A stretch of DNA of 63,000 bases, the filler included, from Nitrospirae bacterium MYbin3 (GTDB lineage: Bacteria > Nitrospirota > Thermodesulfovibrionia > Thermodesulfovibrionales > Dissulfurispiraceae): NCBI GenBank assembly GCA_002753335.1. It is 3 parts of 3 records of this genome, joined end to end, with 100 filler letters (N's around TTAATTAATTAA, not from the genome) between each part and the next. Parts side by side here need not be neighbours in the genome. Positions count along the whole stretch, not along the records: positions 1 to 23,345 come from PEAD01000037.1; 2 more parts are not named here. One strand, given 5' to 3'. A model generated the notes under the pieces. The model was not told the DNA's origin. It did no database searches and saw nothing but the letters and a program-made list of their open reading frames with translations. The position numbers and the translations under genes were made by a program. Shown here piece after piece: positions 1-10,169 of the stretch; position 1 is the first letter of the stretch; each line of letters starts with the position of its first letter.

Positions 1-266
1 CTGAGAAGGTTCATCATCCACAATCAGAATATTAGTATTTCCCATATCCATTACCTCCCAAACTGACTATTTTAAAAATCAACCACAGAGCACTCAGAGA
101 AAAGCTTTGAAATAAAAAAACAAAATAATTTTACAGGCGCACAGAGCAAAAGAATCTGTTAGTTTCTCTCTGTGTCCTCTGTGGTTGATTTTTAAAATAG
201 TCAGTTTGGGAGGTAATGGATATGGGAAATACTAATATTCTGATTGTGGATGATGAACCTTCTCAG
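1..266. repeat. Perfect 90-bp inverted repeat (1-90 / 177-266) at the window edge, probably a fold-back artefact
   Basis: 1-90 is the exact reverse complement of 177-266, including the RBS and first 17 codons of the gene at 216. Confidence 0.9.
81..186. repeat. Short non-coding element with AACCACAGAG...CTCTGTGGTT terminal inverted repeats (REP/MITE-like)
   Basis: Arms aaccacagagcactcagag / ctctgtgtcctctgtggtt; same family at 61829-61983 and a half copy at 23550-23572. Confidence 0.7.
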
Positions 267-602
267 TTGTTGATCGCAAAGACGATTGTAAGAGGGCTGT
301 ATCCTGATATTAAGATAGAAGAGACCGGCAACGGCATGGCCGCCATTAAAAAGATGTCGGATAAGAGTTATGATTTAATCCTATGCGATATGATGCTGCC
401 GGATATCACCGGAGAAAAGATACTGGAGTTTGTAAGAGGGCATGATAAATTGAGCAACGTGCCTTTTATAATCATGACCTCATCAACCGATAAGCAGTTC
501 ATTATCAACGCGGCCAAGCTTAGGGTTACGGACTATGTGATCAAGCCCTTGACCACCGAAAAAATAGCGGCCAAGCTGAAGAAAGTTTTACCTAACGCGT
601 AG
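216..602 (+). CDS. Single-domain CheY-like response regulator
   Basis: ILIVDDE, DLILCDMMLP (phospho-Asp), YVIKP motifs; GGAGG RBS. Confidence 0.9.
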   Translation: MDMGNTNILIVDDEPSQLLIAKTIVRGLYPDIKIEETGNGMAAIKKMSDKSYDLILCDMMLPDITGEKILEFVRGHDKLSNVPFIIMTSSTDKQFIINAAKLRVTDYVIKPLTTEKIAAKLKKVLPNA

Positions 603-625
603 TTTTTAGTTTTCGATCAGGCGCT

Positions 626-1036
626 TTAGGCGCATTGAATGAATTTTCTTAAATGCTCCGCCATTTTTATATCGGTTTTGAGAATATGTTCCGAAAACCA
701 GCAGGCAAGCTCTCTTGAGACTTCATCTATCAAATCCGGTGTTATCAGCATCTTCTGCCTAAGCCTGAAAATATATTTTACGTAGTGCGAATGCTCGTCA
801 CGATGCCTCTCAAAGTCAGGGTAATTCGTTTTGAGCATCAGGCTCTCTTCCAGCGTGAAGTGGTCGAAGATATAGTCTGTTAAGTATGAAATGGCTTCGG
901 ACATGGCCTTTGTGTTTTCATTTTCGATCTCTGCCATAAGATAAGTGATCTTTGTCATGAGCTCCTTATGCTGTATGTCCAGAATATCGTTGCCTGTCCT
1001 GAGTTCGTCATTCCATCCGTAGCTGCAAGTTCCCAT
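626..1036 (-). CDS. Bacteriohemerythrin (single domain)
   Basis: W..TG..ID.QH, HFTLEE, HRDEH, HILKTD: full set of di-iron ligands; start overlaps the kinase stop. Confidence 0.92.
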   Translation of the reverse strand: MGTCSYGWNDELRTGNDILDIQHKELMTKITYLMAEIENENTKAMSEAISYLTDYIFDHFTLEESLMLKTNYPDFERHRDEHSHYVKYIFRLRQKMLITPDLIDEVSRELACWFSEHILKTDIKMAEHLRKFIQCA

Positions 1037-4000
1037 TAAATGCCTCCCTTTTCAAACTCTTTGACTACGAGGCCCACCTCTTCTTTAAGCCTCGGCAACA
1101 AGCCTTTGTTTGTTTCAAGATGATTCTCCCTTGCGGCAAGCTCCATCTGAAAGGCCAGCTCTTGAAGTGTGGCTGCGCCCACAGACCCTGCCATCGATTT
1201 CAGCGAGTGTGACTGGCGCTGAACCAACTCCATGACGCCTTCATTTATTGCCTGTTCCAGCGTTTCTATCAATATGGGAGCTCGCTCCACAAAGATCTTG
1301 TGGATTTTCGCCAGAAGCTCTTCGTCACCGCCAAGCAGTTCGAGGGCCGCATCAGTATTCACAACTTTTTCTGCGCGGCTGTGCTGTGGCGCAGCCGCTG
1401 TGTTTAAGCGGCGTCCTTTTTTGAGAAAACAGCGCTGTATTGTTTCGTAGAATTCGGATGCCTTCAGCGGCTTGGCGATATATTCATCCATGCCAGCCTC
1501 AAGGCATTTCTTTCTGTCTTCCTGCATTACATTAGCGGTCATCGCAATAATAGGAATATCAATGTTGTAAGGGGCGGCTCTCAATATGCGTGTTGCCTCA
1601 AGCCCGTCCATCTCGGGCATCTGCATGTCCATCAGCACCAGATCGAAATGCATCTGCTGTATCGCTTCTACCGCCTCTTTACCGTTCTGTACCACAAAGA
1701 CTGCATGCCCATGTTTTTCGAGCAGCCGCACAGCCAATATCTGATTGAGGCTGTTGTCTTCTGCCAGAAGAATATTCAAGCGGCCCAGCGTGGTAATTTC
1801 GCTGGCAATGTCTATTACAGGCGCTTGTTCAGGCTCATTCGCGGTTTCAAAAACCGCATTGAACGAAAAAGTACTCCCTTGTCCCTGTATGCTTTTTACC
1901 CATATTCTGCCTTGCATCATTTCAACAATCTTCTTTGATATGCTAAGGCCGAGTCCTGTGCCGCCGTATTTTCTTGTAATCGTGCCGTCAGCCTGTGAGA
2001 AGCTTTCGAATATAGCCTCCTGTTTTTCTGGAGATATTCCTATGCCGGTATCTATGACGCTAAACGTAAGGGTTATCTCTTTATCCGAATTTGACTCCTC
2101 TGTATGATGGATTTCAAGACGTATCTCACCCTTTTCTGTAAATTTAAAGGCATTCCCGAGAAGGTTTATAAGCACCTGCTTAAGCCTGCCCGAATCGCCT
2201 TTTAGCCATCGTGGCAGATTAGGGGCTATTGAGTAAGAAAAAAAGACAGACTTTTTCAGCATCTCTGAATGGAATATCTCGGAAGCGCTCGAAACAACCG
2301 TTTCAAGGTCAAAAACAGTGCGGTCCAGCTCCAGCTTGCCCGCCTCAATTTTCGAAAAATCGAGTATGTCGTTTATTATTGTCAGAAGAGAAGATGCAGC
2401 CTGCACCACCGCCGAAATATATCCCTTCTGTTCGGTTGTAAGGCTGGTTGCATAGGCAAGTTCGCTCATGCCTATTATGGCGTTCATAGGGGTCCGTATC
2501 TCATGGCTCATATTCGCCAGAAACTCACTTTTTGCGATGCTTGCGGCCTCGGCAGCCTTTTTTGCACGTATAAGCTCTTCTTCTATCAGCTTGCGCTTGC
2601 TTATGTCTTCTTTGACCGCAACATAATTGGTGATCTTGTTTTCGGTGTTCATCACAGGCGCTATGGTGGCGTACTCCCAATACAGCTCGCCCTTTTTGTT
2701 TTTATTGCAGATCTCACCGATCCATTCCCTGCCTGAAGTTAAGGTTGCCCACATTTCGGTAAAAAACTCGGGCGGGTGGATTCCTGATTTTAAAATCCTT
2801 GGATTTTGTCCTATAGCTTCTTCGGCCGCATATCCTGTAACTATCTCGAACTGCGGGTTAACAAATTCTATCGTGCCTTTTATATCAGTTATGACAACCG
2901 CAGAGGCGCTTTGCCTTATAGCCTGCGAAAGTTTCTGAAGCTCCGACATTGCCAGTTTGCGCTCCGTAATATCGCGGACTGTTGCAACAACAACCAGCTC
3001 TTCCGAAAGCTCCATACTGTCCAAAAATATGTCCGCATAAAACTCTGAGCCGTCATCCTGCCGGCGCACCTTCCACTCAAAATTCTGGGGCTCGCCTTTA
3101 AGCGCCTTTTCCCATAGAGAAGGAACATTGTCCAAAGGATTTTCTTTGCTTGAAAGGTCATCAACAATATTCAGATTAAGCGCATCCTTGCGCGTGACTC
3201 CGAACATGTCGAGAGCCCGCTTGTTGATGTCTATAATGCGGTTATGCCTGTCACGGATAATTACCGCGTCATGCATATGATCGAAAAACCTGCGGAGTGC
3301 GTACTCCGATTTTTGCAGGGTGTCTTTGTGTATCTGCTGATCCTCCTGGACAATAAAGGCACCGATAATTATAAGCACAAATAGGAGTGTAGTTCCGATG
3401 CCCAGCATTCGCGACAGTACATGATTTGTCAATTGTCCGATAATAACAAGAGACATCTTTGTGTTGCCGATTCCCCCAATCATAATATGGTCTTGCGGAT
3501 TCTTGTAATGGACAGACTGTCCATTTATCGGTTTTTCGGGCAAAAGAGCGGGAGCATTAGACAAGGGATACTGCCCCGAATTTTTCAGAAGAGCCCGTTT
3601 TTCATCAGAAAGCGGCCATAACGAGCGCATGACAAGATCGTGATTTGAAGCATCAAGTATTATTCCGTTTGAATCTATTAGGAAGTAATGATCGCCGCCG
3701 TCAAACGCCTCTAATGTAGCATCTAAGGTGTATTTGACAACCGCCACGCCGGTGATTTCCCCTGAATGGCTGCGGATGGGATGGCTCGAAAAATAGCCCG
3801 GCTTTTTTGAGGTAATGCCCATAGCCACATAAGAAGATTTCTTGCCTTTTATCGCCTCGGTGAAATAGGGGCGCATATGGTAAGATTTGCCGAGGAAGCT
3901 TGCACCTGTATTGCGATTGGATGATGCGATTGTAAGACCTTTGCTGTTTAGTAGATAGACTATTATCTCTTTAGACAACCTGCTGTACCTGTCAATATCA

Positions 4001-4971
4001 GCATTCACCGTATTGATATTCAAACCGCCTCCGGACGGGGTCATCGATTTCAGAGAAGGGGTTTCTGATACTATTTTAGCCAGGTTGTCAATAGTCCTAA
4101 GTTCAGAAGAAAGTGCTATCTGATTATATTTTATCTGAGCGCTTCCTCGGGACAGATCAGAGTTTAATCCGATCTGTTCAAAATGCTGTGTTATTATCCA
4201 GCCTGCAGCGAGTATTGATATAAGAGCAAAAGCCAGCAGCCGGCTCATGAGGTTGTGATAAGAAGCTTCTTCAGGCTGTAGCGACTTGATATGGCAGGAG
4301 CGATAGCGCTGCCAAAAAGCTATGGTGATGATTATTGCCAGAAGGCCACGAAACACCTGAATCGGAATACCGAAGGCTGAGGTGAACGATTTGTAATTTA
4401 TAAGCGATGCAGGGAAAAAGGGAGCGGATGGTGTTATAACCCCTTCGGCCAAAGCATAAAAAAACATAGCCAGGGCCGAATAAACCAGCCATCGCGAACC
4501 ATCTAGAGGCTCCGGTTTTTTTGAGTAGCGGAATAAAACCCATGCCGACCATATTCCTCCGGGCAGCGCTAAGGCATAGCGGCAGGATGCCTTGAAGCCG
4601 TCCAATCCTGCTAATGCGCCCGAGAACGCCAATGCAAGAAAAGGCACTAAAACCCACGCTGGGATTATCTTACCCTGCAGTTCAGAAGCTCCTTTTCTTG
4701 CAAACTCGATTAGAATAATAAAAGAAACCGACATCAGCACCAGCCGCATTAGGCTGAATGTTTCATTATCCACAAAGGTGACAGACAGCATGCTCAGCCA
4801 CTCGTTGATGCCGTGAACCAGGCCAAACATGCTTAGCCAGGCCCAGCATCCCCAAGAAAGGCCTTTGTCAACGCGGGAAAGGGCCTTTGTTACTCCTGCA
4901 AGCAGAATAAAGGTAAGACCATAGAGGAAATAAACATAGTCGATCTGCTCTAAAAAGAAATTATTGCCCAT
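1036..4971 (-). CDS. Hybrid sensor histidine kinase (multi-TM sensor, Cache-like periplasmic domain, 2 PAS, HisKA, HATPase, REC, Hpt)
   Basis: [15 protein letters not shown]-box, NLLGNAFKFT, DTGIGI, GGTGLGL, LLAEDN..DMQMPEMDG, HSLKSMAG; RPYF Cache-like motif. Confidence 0.93.
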   Translation of the reverse strand: MGNNFFLEQIDYVYFLYGLTFILLAGVTKALSRVDKGLSWGCWAWLSMFGLVHGINEWLSMLSVTFVDNETFSLMRLVLMSVSFIILIEFARKGASELQGKIIPAWVLVPFLALAFSGALAGLDGFKASCRYALALPGGIWSAWVLFRYSKKPEPLDGSRWLVYSALAMFFYALAEGVITPSAPFFPASLINYKSFTSAFGIPIQVFRGLLAIIITIAFWQRYRSCHIKSLQPEEASYHNLMSRLLAFALISILAAGWIITQHFEQIGLNSDLSRGSAQIKYNQIALSSELRTIDNLAKIVSETPSLKSMTPSGGGLNINTVNADIDRYSRLSKEIIVYLLNSKGLTIASSNRNTGASFLGKSYHMRPYFTEAIKGKKSSYVAMGITSKKPGYFSSHPIRSHSGEITGVAVVKYTLDATLEAFDGGDHYFLIDSNGIILDASNHDLVMRSLWPLSDEKRALLKNSGQYPLSNAPALLPEKPINGQSVHYKNPQDHIMIGGIGNTKMSLVIIGQLTNHVLSRMLGIGTTLLFVLIIIGAFIVQEDQQIHKDTLQKSEYALRRFFDHMHDAVIIRDRHNRIIDINKRALDMFGVTRKDALNLNIVDDLSSKENPLDNVPSLWEKALKGEPQNFEWKVRRQDDGSEFYADIFLDSMELSEELVVVATVRDITERKLAMSELQKLSQAIRQSASAVVITDIKGTIEFVNPQFEIVTGYAAEEAIGQNPRILKSGIHPPEFFTEMWATLTSGREWIGEICNKNKKGELYWEYATIAPVMNTENKITNYVAVKEDISKRKLIEEELIRAKKAAEAASIAKSEFLANMSHEIRTPMNAIIGMSELAYATSLTTEQKGYISAVVQAASSLLTIINDILDFSKIEAGKLELDRTVFDLETVVSSASEIFHSEMLKKSVFFSYSIAPNLPRWLKGDSGRLKQVLINLLGNAFKFTEKGEIRLEIHHTEESNSDKEITLTFSVIDTGIGISPEKQEAIFESFSQADGTITRKYGGTGLGLSISKKIVEMMQGRIWVKSIQGQGSTFSFNAVFETANEPEQAPVIDIASEITTLGRLNILLAEDNSLNQILAVRLLEKHGHAVFVVQNGKEAVEAIQQMHFDLVLMDMQMPEMDGLEATRILRAAPYNIDIPIIAMTANVMQEDRKKCLEAGMDEYIAKPLKASEFYETIQRCFLKKGRRLNTAAAPQHSRAEKVVNTDAALELLGGDEELLAKIHKIFVERAPILIETLEQAINEGVMELVQRQSHSLKSMAGSVGAATLQELAFQMELAARENHLETNKGLLPRLKEEVGLVVKEFEKGGI

Positions 4972-5030
4972 ATTGATAATTATAGAACTAACATAGTGGA
5001 ATTGTCAGTGGTTTCGTTTTATAATTAGCG

Positions 5031-7373
5031 ATGGAATATTCTGCAGACGAAATTCTTAAGCGGTTTAAAAACAACGCAATTTCGGGTGTTCTGCTTTGGA
5101 CCCTGCCGATTGTTGTATCACTTTTCTGGAACCTTGATCAACATAACCAGACGGTGATAGAGCTTGCAAAAACCCAGGCGCGCACAGCTTTTCAGAAAGA
5201 CCTTGTCTATCGTTCCTGGTCTGTAAATAATTCTGCTGTTTATGTTCCTGTTTCAGAGCACACCCCGCCCAATCCTCATCTAAGCCATATAAAAAATAGG
5301 GATATAACTTCAAATGACGGGCAGAGGCTTACTTTGATCAACGCCGCGTATATGAACAGGCAGGTATTTGAAATAGAAAAAACCATGAAAGGAGTAACGA
5401 GCAGGCTTACCAGCCCTAATCCGCTGAATCCGGTTAACGAGCCTGATGAATGGGAGAAAAAAGCCCTGCAGGGTTTTAGCGCTGATGTCAAAGAAATAAG
5501 CTCGACAGAAACTGTGAACGGGCAACAATATTTAAGGTTTATTATGCCTTTTTATGTTGAGGAAAGTTGTCTTAAGTGCCATTACGTGCAGGGCTACAAA
5601 ATCGGAGAACTGCGCGGGGGCTTAAGCATCTCGGTGCCTATGACGCCAATAATCAATCTAACCGGCAAGCATTACAGTACAATATGGATAGGACATGTAC
5701 TGATATGGCTGTTGGGCGTTGTATTTATATTTGTTAAGGGCAGAGACACGATGCGGAATGCCCGAGCCATTTATGAAAGCGAATTGGAAGCGCAGAAAGC
5801 TAGGGAAGCGGCTGAGGAGGCAAATATAGCCAAATCAAGGTTTCTCGCAAATACAAGCCACGAGATTCGCACCCCGATGAATGCGGTGATAGGACTTACG
5901 GACCTTGTGCTCGAATCGAAGCTTTCTGAGGAACAGCGGAAGCATCTCGAAATGGTAAAGGAATCTGCAAATATACTGCTCACACTGCTTAACGAAATTC
6001 TGGACCTCTCGAAGATAGAGGCGGGGAAGTTCGAAATGGACAATCAGGATTTCGACCTCTATTCCACACTATCAACCACGATAGCGATATTTCTTGGTCA
6101 GGCCCGTAAGAAAGGAATAGGCCTTGATTACAAAATTGATAATGATGTGCCGCGAATTATCAAAGGAGACTCTCTCAGGCTGGCCCAGATACTGATAAAT
6201 CTCATAGGCAACGCGATCAAGTTTACAGAAAAGGGAGAGGTGATATGCGAGGTCAGCAATCTGCAATCAGATGACAGCAGGTTTGTATCTCTTAACTTTG
6301 CTGTAAAGGACACTGGCATAGGCATAGCGAAAGATAGGGTGGCATATATATTTGATGCCTTCACTCAGGCGGATGCAGGCACAGCAAGAAGATTCGGGGG
6401 CAGCGGGCTTGGGCTCACAATAACTAAAAAGCTTGTTGAACTTATGAACGGAAAAATCCGGGTCGAAAGCGAACCGGGACAGGGAAGCTCCTTTTTCTTT
6501 AGCCTGAAATTTGAGCCCGGAGACCCTTTTAACATAGACAAGCAGTCGGCCATGGAGCCTGTTCTGAGCACCGCTGCAGTGCAGGCTGCAGCAGAGCTGC
6601 ACTCGTCCGTAAGAAGGCTGAAAATACTTGTGGTCGAAGATAATTTTATGAATCAGGTTCTGATGACAAATATACTCGAAAAATACGGCCACTTGGCGGT
6701 CATTGCAAATAGCGGCAGGATGGCCATAGAGCTTTTGAAGAAGGATAAATTCGACCTTGTTCTGATGGATGTGAATATGCCAGAAATGGACGGGCTCGAA
6801 ACCACTCGGATAATAAGGACATCAAATCCTGATGAACTCGATGCGAACATTTCTATCATCGCCACAACAGCTTCGGCCATGAAGGAAGACAGGGAGCGCT
6901 GTCTTGAGGCAGGAATGAACGGTTATGTGACAAAACCCATCAATGTAGGTGAACTGATAAGGACTATCCGCGAATTTATACCCGAGGCGTATTTAACCAA
7001 AATACAGTCGGATACTGGCTCTTACGAAAAGCATGACAGCGTGATAAATGTTTCTGAGGCTATTGACAGGCTTGGCGGGAGTCTTGATCTTTTTGTGCAG
7101 GTTACCCGCCTTTTTATCGAAAAGGCCCCGCTGCAGATGAAGGAGCTGTCCGAGTCTTTTTCTTTAGGTGATTTGAAGTCAGTAGAAAGGTTTGCGCATA
7201 ATATGAAGGCTGCAGCCGGCACTATAGGCGCTTATTCTTTAAGAGACATAGCTGCTCATCTCGAGAGCGCTGTAAAAAGCAGCCCGGACAAACTGGATCA
7301 GATATTCCCTGCTCTGGAAGAGGAGCTTAAAAAAGTTCTGGAAGAACTTGCCGAAGCTGATATGGAAAATTAA
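5031..7373 (+). CDS. Hybrid histidine kinase with a periplasmic heme-c (Tll0287/DUF3365-like) sensor, REC and Hpt
   Basis: TM, PLNPVNEPDEWE..AL, CLKCH (5568-5582), [43 protein letters not shown]. Confidence 0.9.
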   Translation: MEYSADEILKRFKNNAISGVLLWTLPIVVSLFWNLDQHNQTVIELAKTQARTAFQKDLVYRSWSVNNSAVYVPVSEHTPPNPHLSHIKNRDITSNDGQRLTLINAAYMNRQVFEIEKTMKGVTSRLTSPNPLNPVNEPDEWEKKALQGFSADVKEISSTETVNGQQYLRFIMPFYVEESCLKCHYVQGYKIGELRGGLSISVPMTPIINLTGKHYSTIWIGHVLIWLLGVVFIFVKGRDTMRNARAIYESELEAQKAREAAEEANIAKSRFLANTSHEIRTPMNAVIGLTDLVLESKLSEEQRKHLEMVKESANILLTLLNEILDLSKIEAGKFEMDNQDFDLYSTLSTTIAIFLGQARKKGIGLDYKIDNDVPRIIKGDSLRLAQILINLIGNAIKFTEKGEVICEVSNLQSDDSRFVSLNFAVKDTGIGIAKDRVAYIFDAFTQADAGTARRFGGSGLGLTITKKLVELMNGKIRVESEPGQGSSFFFSLKFEPGDPFNIDKQSAMEPVLSTAAVQAAAELHSSVRRLKILVVEDNFMNQVLMTNILEKYGHLAVIANSGRMAIELLKKDKFDLVLMDVNMPEMDGLETTRIIRTSNPDELDANISIIATTASAMKEDRERCLEAGMNGYVTKPINVGELIRTIREFIPEAYLTKIQSDTGSYEKHDSVINVSEAIDRLGGSLDLFVQVTRLFIEKAPLQMKELSESFSLGDLKSVERFAHNMKAAAGTIGAYSLRDIAAHLESAVKSSPDKLDQIFPALEEELKKVLEELAEADMEN

Positions 7374-7385
7374 AGGATTGTTGAA

Positions 7386-9095
7386 ATGGATAAATCAAAT
7401 CATTATAGACAACTGACAGAAGTAACTCATGGGCTCTCTGTTTTGTATGTGGAAGACGAGGAGATATCTCGGACTATCGTCGAATCCAAACTCAAGGTCA
7501 TGTTCAAGAATGTGATTTTAGCCGAAGACGGAGAAGAAGGGCTCAGAAAATTCAGGGAAAATCAGGTGGACCTGATACTCACAGATAATCTTATGCCGAG
7601 GATGAACGGTCTTGATATGATCATGGAAATACGTACAAAAGATATAAAGACGCCCATAATCCTGATAACGGCATTCATGGATACAGATTTCCTTATAAAG
7701 GCCATAAATCTCGGAGTCACGCAGTTTATAGCAAAGCCGGTCAATTTTGACAACCTCTATAATGCCATAGAAATCGCGGTGCAGCGGGTCATAATAGAAA
7801 ATGTTATGCAGAAGTCCCGCGAGCAGGAGCTTGAACTGCTCAGGTATCAGGAGAAGTATCATTCGGCGCAGCAGGAGCGGGCCTTCAGAAAAGAGCTTAA
7901 TATCATCAAGAACGACCTGCATCTGAAAAGGCTTGATTTTGAGGGCAGCAATGGGGTTAGAACCGAGTGGCTTTTTGATCTTTATTACAAACCTCTCGAT
8001 ATACTCAGCGGCGACAGCTATTCGGTCAGGGAGATAGGCGAGGGAAGGGTGCTGATATTTCTGGTTGATGCCATGGGCAAGGGCCTTTCGGCTTCGGTCA
8101 CCACAATTGTATCCACTTCATTCGTGAATTATTTTGTGGATGAGTCTCGCGCGTATGGGAAGTTCAGTTTTGAGGATCTGGTCAACACCTATCTGAAATA
8201 CATAAGGCGCGAGCTTCTGGAAGACGAAATCGTCAGCGTAACGTTTGCCTATATCGATTTCCCGAATGAGTTTATGGACACCGCGATATTTTCGATGCCT
8301 TCGATTATGCTGCAGACGACCGACGGCGAGGTCATATCGATTGCCGGCAAGAACATGCCTGTAATGAAGTTTATCGACCCCCCGGTGATCGACAGGCACA
8401 ATATCTCAAACATCAAGAAAATCCTTGTTTACAGCGACGGCTTGAACGAGAGCCTCAAAGGCACCGATTCTTTATATCAGGAGTTTCTTAAGAGCGACTT
8501 CAGGGATTCTGAGAACAAGAACGAACTGCTCGAAAAGTTTTCGCTGAAGATAGAAAAGCCTGATGATGATGTAACCTTTATTTTCCTTAAAAAGATGACT
8601 GCGGTCGAAAAATGGTACAAGGAGTTCATTATCGATACTCGCCTTGAGGAGCTCGACAAGATGTCAGCCGCGGTTGAAGATGTTTTGACCGGTGTTATCC
8701 TTCATGATGAATCGAGAACTACGCTTATAAACTCCTTTGTTGAGATACTGATGAACGCATCTTCACATGGCAATCTGAACATCGATTCCAAGCTTAAGAA
8801 CAGGCTGATAAAAAACGGTGAGTACGAGGACTATCTTCTTAACGTGCAGAAGGATAACGACAGAAAGATCCGCGTTAATGTATCTGTTTGCGGGGACAAC
8901 CTTAAGGAGTTCCTTGTTATCAGGGTCTGTGATGAGGGCAAAGGGTTTGATGCCGCGCTTCTGCACGAGGGCTTTCTTGACGCCTCTCTGCTCAACGGCA
9001 GAGGGATCAGTATAGCGAAGAGTTTTGTGGACGAAATATACTATAATAAGGCCGGCAACGAAGTAACACTAATAAGACAGCTCATGAGGAGGTAG
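7386..9095 (+). CDS. REC + PP2C/SpoIIE phosphatase + RsbW-like Ser kinase fusion (HsbR-like architecture)
   Basis: LYVEDE/TDNLMP REC; SGDSY, VDAMGKG, YSDGLNE, DDVT PP2C motifs; EILMNA..HGN, DEGKGFD, GRGI kinase motifs. Confidence 0.88.
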   Translation: MDKSNHYRQLTEVTHGLSVLYVEDEEISRTIVESKLKVMFKNVILAEDGEEGLRKFRENQVDLILTDNLMPRMNGLDMIMEIRTKDIKTPIILITAFMDTDFLIKAINLGVTQFIAKPVNFDNLYNAIEIAVQRVIIENVMQKSREQELELLRYQEKYHSAQQERAFRKELNIIKNDLHLKRLDFEGSNGVRTEWLFDLYYKPLDILSGDSYSVREIGEGRVLIFLVDAMGKGLSASVTTIVSTSFVNYFVDESRAYGKFSFEDLVNTYLKYIRRELLEDEIVSVTFAYIDFPNEFMDTAIFSMPSIMLQTTDGEVISIAGKNMPVMKFIDPPVIDRHNISNIKKILVYSDGLNESLKGTDSLYQEFLKSDFRDSENKNELLEKFSLKIEKPDDDVTFIFLKKMTAVEKWYKEFIIDTRLEELDKMSAAVEDVLTGVILHDESRTTLINSFVEILMNASSHGNLNIDSKLKNRLIKNGEYEDYLLNVQKDNDRKIRVNVSVCGDNLKEFLVIRVCDEGKGFDAALLHEGFLDASLLNGRGISIAKSFVDEIYYNKAGNEVTLIRQLMRR

Positions 9096-9097
9096 TC

Positions 9098-9388
9098 ATG
9101 GAAGTAAAGACCAGCGGTTCGGAATTGACGATAACCGGAAACATCAAAAGCATCGAGGATTATCTCGAAATCAAGAAGGCGGTGCGTGTTTTGATAGATG
9201 GGGGGGCGCAAGCCATAACGGTCAAGATTCCTGAATCTCTATCGATGACATCCTCGGTAATAGGGTTTTTCCTGAAGCTTGTGCGCGCTGACAATATCAA
9301 GATAGACATGTTTGTAAAAGACGACAGGCTTATGAGCCTGCTCGATACGCTTAACCTCACCACAATCTTCAATATACGCAAGATGTAA
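9098..9388 (+). CDS. STAS-like anti-anti-sigma factor
   Basis: 96 aa; SMTSSVIGFFLKL resembles the STAS phospho-Ser motif; LL..LNL...F end; GAGG RBS; directly follows the phosphatase/kinase. Confidence 0.72.
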   Translation: MEVKTSGSELTITGNIKSIEDYLEIKKAVRVLIDGGAQAITVKIPESLSMTSSVIGFFLKLVRADNIKIDMFVKDDRLMSLLDTLNLTTIFNIRKM

Positions 9389-9407
9389 CCAATATTTGAG
9401 AGATGTC

Positions 9408-10166
9408 ATGGCAGCTCTGTTACGGGCAAGGTGCCTGAATGTAATTCTTTTTTTTGTCATATTTTCTGTTGCCTTTGCTTTTGCGCAGCCTGCGCTTTCC
9501 CAGACCATTGTCCTCAATACTGCCAACGACCCACCCAATTCAACTGACGACCATACCGGCATATGCGAAAGGGTAATGACCGAGGCATTCAGACGGATAG
9601 GCATAAAACTGAAGATTGTAGATCTGCCTTCGGAGCGAGCGCTGATAAATGCAAACGAGGGGATAGAGGACGGTAATTTTGCAAGGGTCGAAGGGCTTGA
9701 AAAACTATATCCAAATCTCATACGCATCTCGGAGACTATAACCACATTTGAGTTTGTAGCTTTCTCTAAAAAAGCCTCATTCAAGACTCTGGGCTGGGAC
9801 AGCCTGAGGCCATACAATATCGGCATCATCACCGGATGGAAAATACTCGAAAATAATATTGCAGGTGTTAAGTCTCTCACAAAGGTCAGGGACGAAAAGC
9901 TGCTCTTCAACCTGCTGCTCAGCGAAAAAGCTGATGTTGTTGTTTATGACCGGATGCAGGGCAAGTTTGTGCTCAAACAACTCGGAGCTAAAGACATCAA
10001 AATTTTACAGCCGCCGCTTGCAGTAAAAGGCATGTATCCTTATCTCCATAAGCGCCACGCTGATCTGGTGCCGAAGCTGGAGCAGGTGCTCAGGACGATG
10101 AAGAAAGACGGCACATTCAAAAAAATTGTGGGAGAGGTGCTGAGCGACCTCTCTCTAAGGGAGTAG
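9408..10166 (+). CDS. Periplasmic solute-binding protein, family 3-like
   Basis: Signal peptide, P..RAL..ANEG..DG, ALRTMKKDGTF..I C-terminal motif; start uncertain (9396 or 9408). Confidence 0.8.
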   Translation: MAALLRARCLNVILFFVIFSVAFAFAQPALSQTIVLNTANDPPNSTDDHTGICERVMTEAFRRIGIKLKIVDLPSERALINANEGIEDGNFARVEGLEKLYPNLIRISETITTFEFVAFSKKASFKTLGWDSLRPYNIGIITGWKILENNIAGVKSLTKVRDEKLLFNLLLSEKADVVVYDRMQGKFVLKQLGAKDIKILQPPLAVKGMYPYLHKRHADLVPKLEQVLRTMKKDGTFKKIVGEVLSDLSLRE

Positions 10167-10169
10167 CCG

